From Octopus sinensis (Eukaryota), in NCBI RefSeq assembly GCF_006345805.1, contig NW_021836327.1, positions 1-24,710 on the forward strand: a DNA stretch of 24,710 nucleotides, written 5' to 3'. This document shows, piece after piece, positions 11,773 to 19,744 of this stretch. Below the pieces are notes generated by a model, which searched no databases, was not told the origin of the DNA, and was given only the letters and a program-made list of their open reading frames with translations. Made by a program: the position numbers and the translations under genes. How positions within the stretch are numbered: the stretch's first letter is position 1; each line of letters begins with the position of its first letter.

Positions 11773-12565
11773 TATATATAGAGGGCATTATACATACATG
11801 CCAGGAGGCATTCTTCATACACGCCATACGCTAAGAGGGACAATCAGTCATTTCTACTACAAAAATATTACTAATCCCACCGAATGGTAGAAATGACTGA
11901 TTGTCCCTCTAGCGTATGCGTTTATGTAGAATGCCTCCTGGCATGTATGTATAATGCCCTCTATATAATAAATTAATATGTTCAATAGAATAATTAGTTT
12001 CGAATTTTTCTCTTATGAGGTTTTTACGCTATCTACCTGACAATTTCTTGTTAAGTTTTTCCTTATAAGTAGTTGTCCTTAATTGCTAAATTTTATTCCG
12101 AAAAACCTTTTCCTCTCCCAAATGCAATTCGTAAAAGTTTGCCATCATCCGTATAGTATATATAAATTCAACATTTGCTTCGTTGATGTTGATCAGTTGG
12201 CTGATCGGCTTAAGCGAAGCGGGGTCGTTTGTTTATTTATTTATGGTATATTCAGGCCTGCTGATGATTACGTAAGTATGAAATCACTGTGATACAGGTC
12301 TATATATTTTTTAAATGTCTTTCTTTGAAAAATGCATTCGGTGGGATAGTAATATTTTTTGGTAGAAATGACTGATTGTCCCTCTTACGTATGGCGTGTA
12401 TGTAGAATGCCTCCTGGCATGTATGTATAATGCCCTCTATATATAATACTAAATATGTTCAATAAAAAATTATTTTCGAATTTTTTTCTCTATGAGTTTT
12501 TTTACGCTATCTACCTGACATATTCTTGTTAAATTTCCTATTAAGTAGTTGTCCTTAATTGCTAA
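11773..12565 (+). mobile_element. Non-coding hammerhead-bearing element (retrozyme-like or non-autonomous PLE) inserted in a (TA)n tract of the Tx1 3' UTR
   Basis: 11886-12089 is repeated directly at 12361-12565 (period ~475); 11773-11886 is the reverse complement of ~12335-12448; HHR at 12254-12301; TA-rich flanks on both sides. Confidence 0.75.
12254..12301 (+). ncRNA. Type I hammerhead ribozyme with intact core
   Basis: Stem I AGGCCUG/CAGGUCU; core CUGAUGA (12261-67); stem II U-UAC-GUAA-GUA-U; GAAA (12280-83); stem III AUCA-CUG-UGAU; AUA triplet, predicted cleavage after 12294. Confidence 0.85.
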
Positions 12566-12751
12566 TATTATATATATCTTATATCTATAAATATATATAT
12601 ATTGCTTTTTATACACCACACAACCCACAGATCCCTATTGACCAACGTTTTTTTTCTTTGCCACCCATATCCCCCTCGAAAGAAAAAATTCTACATTGTA
12701 TTTCGTCCATTTTTATTCTGTGTTTAGCCCTGTGGGTGCTACAATAAAAAG

Positions 12752-12752
<1 letters not shown>

Positions 12753-12789
<37 letters not shown>

Positions 12790-12915
12790 GTCTGTCTATC
12801 TATCTATCCATTTATTTATTATCTATCTGTCTGTTTATTTAATTATCTGTCCATGTAATTATTTATCTGTTTGTCTGTCTATCTAATTATCTATTTGTCT
12901 GTTAATGTATATATG

Positions 12916-12984
<69 letters not shown>
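12753..12984. repeat. (TATC)n-derived compound array, 3' flank of the Tx1 element
   Basis: Directly visible. Confidence 0.92.
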
Positions 12985-12985
<1 letters not shown>

Positions 12986-13287
12986 ATTATATATCGGTCT
13001 GTCTATCTTTCTATCTAATTATATATCTGTCTGTCTATCTTTCTATCTAATTATATATCGGTCTGTCTGTCTTTCTATCTAATTATCTATCTGTCTGTCT
13101 GTCTTTCTATCTAATTATATATCGGTCTGTCTATCTTTCTATCTAATTATATATCGGTCTGTCTGTCTTTCTATCTAATTATCTATCTGTCTGTCTGTCT
13201 TTCTATCTAATTATATATCGGTCTGTCTATCTTTCTATCTAATTATATATCGGTCTGTCTGTCTTTCTATCTAATTATCTATCTGTC
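12985..13287. repeat. 32-bp minisatellite with a 96-bp higher-order repeat
   Basis: AATTAT starts recur every 32 bp from 12985 to 13273; variant order a,a',b,c,a,b,c,a,b,c(partial). Confidence 0.93.
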
Positions 13288-13606
13288 GATCGATATACCT
13301 GATCAGTCTATGTGTGTCTATCACATTAAGGGTTAAAACGTGTATGCATTTCATGTTTGACTGTCCTTGTACCTTCTCCTTTGTCTTCTGCCCTGTGTGG
13401 CAAATGAAGGAAAGTTCGCGCAATTCCACAGTTCGTGTGTTGGAGTTCAAAGAGCAGAGTTTGAGTTGCGTGTTGGATTGTTGGTTCTTAAAAGAGATGG
13501 TACGTTACGTGTGATTACTGCCGTTTGTATAAACTATATTCTATTACGCTATTGCAGTGTGCTCGCGTATCGATAACATAAAACACTGTATATATGTATG
13601 ATGTAA

Positions 13607-13660
<54 letters not shown>

Positions 13661-13672
<12 letters not shown>

Positions 13673-14065
13673 TTAGAGACAAAACCACTATTTTGCAAAA
13701 CAAACAAGAGACTTAATCAATACATAAAATTTTAATAAAAAGTAAAAAAAAAAAACCGCCACTCAAATTGTTTCATGTCTTCAATGACAATCTTCAGGTG
13801 GATTTCCGATTTTCATAAATTGAAACTGATTTGAAAATCGGAAATCCACCTGAAGATTGTCATTAGAAGACATGAAACAATTGTAGTGGCGTTTTTTTTA
13901 CTTTTTATTAAATTTTATGTATTGATTAAGTCTTTCCTTTTTGTTGTTTTTGCAAAATAGTGGTTTTGTCTCTAATTAATATTATATAATATTTTACTAT
14001 AAAATTGGATTTAATCCTAAATCTGATTTTTTTTTTCCCTGTAACTTTGGATTATTCCCTAATAT
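13661..14065 (+). mobile_element. Foldback hammerhead-bearing element (PLE pLTR-like) in (TA)n
   Basis: Inverted arms 13661-13815 and 13832-13987 (16-nt spacer); the sense copy continues to ~14065; (TA)n on both sides. Confidence 0.72.
13846..13889 (+). ncRNA. Minimal type I hammerhead ribozyme
   Basis: CCAC-CUGAAGA-U UGUC auuagaa GACA U-GAAA-CAAUUG-UA-GUGG; palindromic stem III ACAAUUGU; GUA triplet, cleavage after 13885. The mirror copy in the left arm has an altered cleavage site. Confidence 0.8.
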
Positions 14066-14237
14066 TATTATTATATATATATAATATATATATATTATAT
14101 ATATACATATCTATATATATATATGTATGTATATATATATATATATATGTGTGTAATATATAATATTTCTATATATATATACTATATATATATATAATAT
14201 ATATATGTGTGTGTGTGTGTGGTGTGTGTGTGTGTGT

Positions 14238-14527
14238 GGGCGCAATGGCCCAGTGGTTAGGGTAGCGGACTCGCGGCGTAGGATCGCGGTTTCGATTCCC
14301 ATACCCGGCGTTTGTGAGTATTTATTAAGCGAAAACACCTAAAGCTCCACGAGGCTCCGGTATGATCCCTGCTGTACTCTTTCGCCGCAACTTTCTCTCA
14401 CTCTTTCTTCTGTTGGCCTGGTCGCTTAGCCAGTGGGGTGGCGTTATTTGAAGGCTAAAACAATGCGAAGCGCATTGTGACCAGCGATGTGTAGCAACAT
14501 CTGATAGCCTGGTCGGTCACATGATGA
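14238..14527 (+). mobile_element. tRNA-headed SINE family C
   Basis: Head GGGCGCAATGGCCCAGTGGTTAGG (A box) ... GGTTTCGATTCCC (B box); no acceptor stem; ~220 bp body follows. 3' boundary approximate. Confidence 0.78.
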
Positions 14528-14669
14528 AGATAGATAGATAATTTGTCTACCCATCCGTTCTCTGGCTATCTAACTATATCTGTCCTTCTATCTGTTTATC
14601 TGTCAGTCTGTCTGTCTATCTATGTAACCATCAGTCTGTTTCACCAAATATCTATTTATCTATCTATCC

Positions 14670-15120
14670 ATGGGTGAATGTAGCAAGGATGGCACGTATG
14701 AATGACGAAGCCACCTTGAGCATAATCCTATGAACCCAGAAATTGAAAACAGTGGGTTACCCACTTGCAAACAAATGTGGTAACATATAACAATATTAAC
14801 CGAGGTTACCGTGGTCTTTTTCGTAGGCTTTTCTTCCCACGGATAAACATTATCTGCTTCCCCCTTTACACCGTACATCATGACACTGTGATACACGATG
14901 CCTATTGATCATTTTTTTTCCTCTTCCCCTTTTTCCTTTTTTCTTCTTTTTTTCTTTTTTCTTTTCTTTTGTTTCTTTTCCTTTGTTTCTTTTTTCCCTT
15001 TTACAATCCCTTTTGATCGAAAAACTACGCCACTTTTTTTTTTTACATCCGCAAAAAGAAAAGCTCTACCTTGTAATTTGTCCCATCTGTGTGCAGCCCT
15101 GTGTGTCTTATAAAGAAACT
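14670..15120 (+). mobile_element. Heavily 5'-truncated Tx1 3' fragment (ORF2 C-terminus plus 3' UTR)
   Basis: Begins WVNVARMARMNDEATLSIIL*, homologous to the ORF2 ends at 3925-3946 and ~11565-11628; its 3' end aligns with 12685-12752; TATC-type repeats on both sides. Confidence 0.85.
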
Positions 15121-15267
15121 TATCTATCTATCCATCTCTCTGCCTATCCGTTTCTCTGTCTCTCTATTTGTCTCTGTATCTACCTGCCTGCCTCCCTGTA
15201 TATCTACCTAGCTATATTCCTATGTATGTATGCATGTATGTTTGTAGGTAGCATGTATACTCTCTCT

Positions 15268-15478
15268 TCTTACTCTTTTACTTGTTTCAGTCATATGACT
15301 GTGGTCATGCTGGAGTAGCGCCTTTAGTCGATCAAATCGACCCCAGGACTTATCTTTGTAAGCCTAGTACTTATTTTATCGGTCCCTTTTTTGCCGTACC
15401 GCTAAGTTACGGGGACGTAAGCACACCAGCATCGGTTGTCAAGCGATGTTGGGGGGACAAACACAGACACACAAACAC
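15268..15478 (-). mobile_element. SINE family B, 3' half
   Basis: Matches 19745-19925 (tactcttttacttgtttcagtca...gccatgctggag...accgctaag...cggttgtc). Confidence 0.9.
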
Positions 15479-15503
15479 GCACGTACATATATACTATTAC
15501 TCT

Positions 15504-15795
15504 TACTCTTTTATTCTTTTACTTGTTTCAGTCATTTGACCGCGGCCATGCTGGAGCACCGCCTTTAATCGAGCAACTCAACCCCGGGACTTATTCTTTG
15601 TAAGCCCTAACTCTATCGGTCTCTTTTGCCGAACCGCTAAGTGACGGGGAATAACACACCAGCATCGGTTGTCAGGCAATGCTAGGGGGACGGGGACAAA
15701 CACAGATACACAAACATATATATATATATATATATATATAGATATTTTTCCAGTTTCAGCTCATGAGCTGTGGCCATGCTGGGGCACCGCCATTT

Positions 15796-15880
<85 letters not shown>

Positions 15881-16043
15881 CGACGGGCTTCTTTTGTTTC
15901 CGTCTACCAAATCCACTCACAAGGCTTTGGTCGGTCCGAGGTTATAGTAGAAGACACTTACCCTAGGTGCCATGCAGTGGGACTGAACCCGGAACCATGT
16001 GGTTCGTAAGCAAGCTACTTACCACACAGCCACTCCTACGCCT
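15504..16043 (-). mobile_element. SINE family B, full length, split by an internal (TA)n tract and a 46-nt tail-like piece (15746-15791)
   Basis: Head on minus strand AGGCGTAGGAGTGGCTGTGTGGTAAG...GGTTCAGTCCC at 16043-15975; 3' half at 15504-15716. Confidence 0.88.
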
Positions 16044-16347
16044 GTATGTATATATGTTTCTATATATCTTTCTATCTTTCTATCCATCTATCTGCCTATC
16101 TATTTACCTATCCGTCTATCTATCAACCTACCTACCTACCTACCTACGGTTCTACTGTACTCCTGCTATGTCAATCAGGCAATTGTGATTTAAGGGATAA
16201 TGGCTGCTATCTTTACAAAAACGAAATCAGCTGACAGAATAGAAATTGATTAATGGTTTTAATAATGGTTGTTTTTTAAATTTATTTAGTTATATCATTT
16301 AATTATTTATTTATTTATCTATTTATTTATTTGTTTTATAATTGCAG

Positions 16348-16504
16348 TGAGAATTTGCCGAGTGATTTGCTGCAGGAATTCTTGGTCGAGGAAAGTAACA
16401 CCAAAAAGAAGCGCAATGGTTTTAGGACAGCACCTAGTTGCTATGACGGCAGCTTACGCTGGAATGCAGCTACTATCACATTTTCAGGGGTTTGCAGTAG
16501 TTAG
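16348..16504 (+). other. Candidate terminal exon D
   Basis: Acceptor ttgttttataattgcAG; phase-2 open frame ENLPSDLLQEFLVEESNTKKKRNGFR...VCSS*, phase-compatible with the end of cassette C. No homology recognised. Confidence 0.2.
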
Positions 16505-17167
16505 GGTTTGTGTAGGGTTGCTGTAGGGGTTGTTGTAGGGATTTTTATAGGGGTTGCACTAACATGTTGTTGTGTAGTAATATTAAAACAATGAAACACT
16601 AAAGTCAGCAACTCCTTAAAAAGGATAGGGTGGAGGGCGTACACAAAGTAGAAATGGTAGGACATAAAGAAGATTCCATACAGATTAGCAAGGGGGGGGG
16701 TGCAGGTTGTAGCAACATGGCACTATTACTACGACTACTGTTATTACTAGCTACTACTAATATTACAACTAATACTACTAATACTACTATTAGTAGTGAC
16801 TGGAATCTTCGGGACTTTCAAAATGGTCGATTGGTTAAGTTTAGAAGGAGACTAAGAAGATATCAATGCTACTAGTTAGAACATTAGTGTATTTAGAACT
16901 ACTATAACAACTATCATAAACTGTACTACAAGAGGTGTGTGTGTGATGGGGGGTGGTCATGTGGACCGGATGACATAAACCTGTAATGGAAAGAGCGGCT
17001 TAGTCGCTCTCAACAAAAGCAAAGAAGACAGAACATTTTCTTTTAAACCTTTCTATCTTTGTTGTTATACTTTTCTTTAACATTTAACTCTATCATATAT
17101 TCACTATATATATCCTATATATATATACATACATACATATATACAATATCATATATACTCTACATCA

Positions 17168-17228
17168 TGTAATCGACTGTCCCCTCCCCCACAAAAGTTT
17201 TGGCCTTGTGCCTAAAGCAGAAAGAATT
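17168..17228 (+). mobile_element. 3' fragment of a SINE family A variant with the alternative tail
   Basis: TGTAATCGACT-GTCCCCTCCCCC...GGCCTTGTGCC matches the last unit at 21575-21630; followed by (TAG)n. Confidence 0.65.
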
Positions 17229-17341
17229 TGTAGTAGTAGTAGTAGTCGTAGCATTTCCTGCGACTTCGAGGGCCACCTCCCAGTGGTGTCGGGCGTCAAC
17301 GAAGAGCAACAGCAGCAGCAGCAGTAGTATTAGTAGTAGTA

Positions 17342-17624
17342 GTTAAAGATTTCACAAAATCAGTGTCCATCTGCTGAATCAACACATTTCGTCTATTTTC
17401 GATTTCGTTTCGGTATTTTATAAATTCCTAGTTTTATAAAAAAAAAACTAGGAACAGTATCTCGACGTAGCAGCAGCAGTAGTAGTAGTAGTTAAAGATT
17501 TCACAAAATCTGTGTCCGTCTCCTGAATCAACACATTTCGTCTATTTTTCGATTTCGTTTCGCTATTTTAGAAATTCCTAGTTTTATAAAAAAAAAAAAA
17601 ACTGGGAACAGTATCTCGACGTAG
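17342..17624. repeat. Tandem duplication, period ~149 bp
   Basis: GTTAAAGATTTCACAAAATC...GTATCTCGACGTAG at 17342-17470 and 17491-17624. Confidence 0.93.
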
Positions 17625-17774
17625 GAGCAACAGGTTACTTCCCAAACCCCTTTTTTTTTTTTTGGTGGGGGCAGGGTGACATGAATCATTCTCTCTTTTG
17701 AAAGTTTCTCGCATTACCCTACCACAATCTCCACCATCACCACTGTATCTGTCACCAATCTTTTCAACTACACT

Positions 17775-17798
17775 AGCACTACTACTACTGCTACTACA

Positions 17799-17863
<65 letters not shown>

Positions 17864-17879
17864 GACTACTACTACTACT
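17775..17879. repeat. (CTA)n microsatellite
   Basis: Directly visible. Confidence 0.95.
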
Positions 17880-17930
17880 TCCAGTCATTTCCTCCCCAAT
17901 ACAACACCAGAAAGACTGTGACCTAACTAG

Positions 17931-18003
17931 CTTGACCAATGGAAGAAATGTACGCAATGGACTGGCCAATGAGAGAAAAGTGTCAGATGGATTGACCAAT
18001 GAA
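17931..18003 (+). promoter_or_regulatory. Three CCAAT boxes at exact 30-bp spacing (possible NF-Y array or coding repeat)
   Basis: CCAAT at 17936, 17966 and 17996, in the contexts GACCAATGG, GGCCAATGA and GACCAATGA. Confidence 0.3.
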
Positions 18004-18244
18004 TATCGAGAAAGTTCACAAGAATGATCACAGAGCATGAAACTGGAGTAGTAGTCAAAACCCTCAGTTAATTACATGAATAAATTGAACACCATGTATT
18101 GAGTACTGTAATTGCCTTAGCATAACAAACCGTAATATAACTACATTGATATGTGTGTATCTAGTTATGTTTCGTACAACACACACACACACACATACAT
18201 ACACACACACACACACACACAACACACACATATATATATATTAT

Positions 18245-18300
<56 letters not shown>

Positions 18301-19080
18301 TATATATATACATATATATATATATATAACTTACTACAGCTAACAAACATACAACATTAATTATTGTGTTATCTGTCAGCAACCAGCCATGCGAATCGAA
18401 CTCACATCCCTTTGATCTTCATGGCTGGTTACTGACAGATTTTTCTGCTCTTTTGAATCAATATTTACGCTTTGAAAAATTTATCGTTCTATTATTTTTT
18501 TTTTCTTTTTCGTTATTACTTTCCAATAAATATTGTTTTAACCTGCTTCTTCTTGTTTGTCGTTTCTTCATACAATCCGAAACTTCATATTTGACATTAT
18601 ACGACTCACCCTTCCATTGGTTACTACGATGAGTCCCTGTCTATTTTGAATAGCCTTTATCTGTTAATCACCGTCTTCAATTTACTTCTACTTGTCGGAG
18701 GAGTATGCAATATTTACAGAAACGGAGAGTGAAGACAGCACTTGTCCAGACTGTCACACTGCACACACACATCACATTCATATATATAGATATATATATA
18801 TATACATGTTCGAAGGTTATAATGGATACAGATCGTGTATCAATAGCTATCTTGATGGCGGTGGCCTCATGGAGCTGACCATGGCAGCGATTATTCTTAT
18901 ATCTATAAGAATGCCATATTAATATGGCGATAACAATTACTTTCCAGTAACGCTGCCATAATCTCTTTTATAGAGACTTAGTATTTTAATATTTCTATTA
19001 TATATATATATAGGCAGAGTTTACGAAAGAAACAAAAGACGAAGAAGTTCTATTTGTATAACGCTCAGGAATAGAAAAGT

Positions 19081-19116
19081 CTTTTACGTTTCGAGCCTAC
19101 GCTCTTCTACAGAAAG
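19081..19116 (-). ncRNA. Hammerhead-like fold with variant core CUGUAGA
   Basis: CUUU-CUGUAGA-A-GAGC GUAG GCUC-GAAA-CGU-A-AAAG. Confidence 0.5.
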
Positions 19117-19508
19117 GGACACTCCTCTTCTCCTCTCCTTCCTCTCTCCCCCTTCCCCCTCCTCTCTCCCCTTTCCTTCTCCACTTTCTTTCTCACCCGC
19201 CCCTCTTCCCCCTTACATCCCCCCTCTTCCCTCATCTCCTCTCTCTCTACACTACACCATACGACTTTACACATCACATCATATATACATACACATGTCC
19301 AGACCTCTCATACACACACACACACTCTTCTCATACACACACACACTCTTATGTTGAAGCGAGGTCATTTAACCCTATTATCTCCCCTAATTTCGCTCTT
19401 GCGTCTCTCGTTTGATCTTTGACTTCTGGCCGAAATCAGATTGCCATGTTGATTCGCTAGCCTCTGCACGCATTTTTTTCTCTCCTTTCTGTGTTTCTTC
19501 TCTGTGTA

Positions 19509-19546
19509 TCTTTCTGTTGAAGAGCGTAGGCTCGAAACGTTAAAGA
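19509..19546 (+). ncRNA. Hammerhead-like fold with variant core CUGUUGA
   Basis: UCUUU-CUGUUGA-A-GAGC GUAG GCUC-GAAA-CGU-U-AAAGA; palindromic stem III ACGU. Confidence 0.55.
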
Positions 19547-19744
19547 CTTGTTTTATTTATATTTCCTGAGCGCCATACTAATACAATTGTTTGTTTGTAT
19601 TCCACCTGGCTTCGTCTTTTCCTTATTTCCGTAAACCTGCCTTCGTCTTTTGTCTATTTTCATAAAGCTTCCCGTTATATATATACATACATGTATATAT
19701 ACACCAACAACATACATATATATATATATATATACATATTCTCT

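Larger units (their letters stand above)
5913..12752 (+). mobile_element. Near full-length Tx1-clade (L1 group) non-LTR retrotransposon, disrupted, with a nested insertion in its 3' UTR
   Basis: 5' UTR, ORF1 with a CCHC knuckle, ORF2 with APE-RT-zinc finger, and a 3' UTR ending TGTGTTTAGCCCTGTGGG...AATAAAAAG; (TATC)n lies on both sides. The 5' boundary is inferred from the end of the array. Confidence 0.9.
19012..19675 (+). mobile_element. Hammerhead-like PLE-type repeat: inverted partial copy (19012-19125) plus sense copy, in TA tracts
   Basis: GAAGAGCGTAGGCTCGAAACGT occurs on the minus strand at ~19086-19107 and on the plus strand at 19519-19540; downstream flanks are homologous but diverged; TA-rich ends. 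Confidence 0.62.

Noticed and set aside
13432-13499. Possible phase 2-to-1 exon (ccacAG ... ATG|GTACGT)
   Set aside because: Good donor but poor pyrimidine tract and no homology; cannot be supported without RNA data.
14238-14310. tRNA gene
   Set aside because: A and B boxes are present but there is no acceptor-stem pairing; it continues into a SINE body.
17568-18038. 156-aa poly-Ser ORF and 109-aa poly-Leu ORF
   Set aside because: Length comes from the (CTA)n tract; only 17885-18027 is kept as a finding.
18692-18922. ORF containing CPDCH (heme- or zinc-binding-like)
   Set aside because: Non-ATG start, runs through CA/TA repeats, isolated motif expected by chance.
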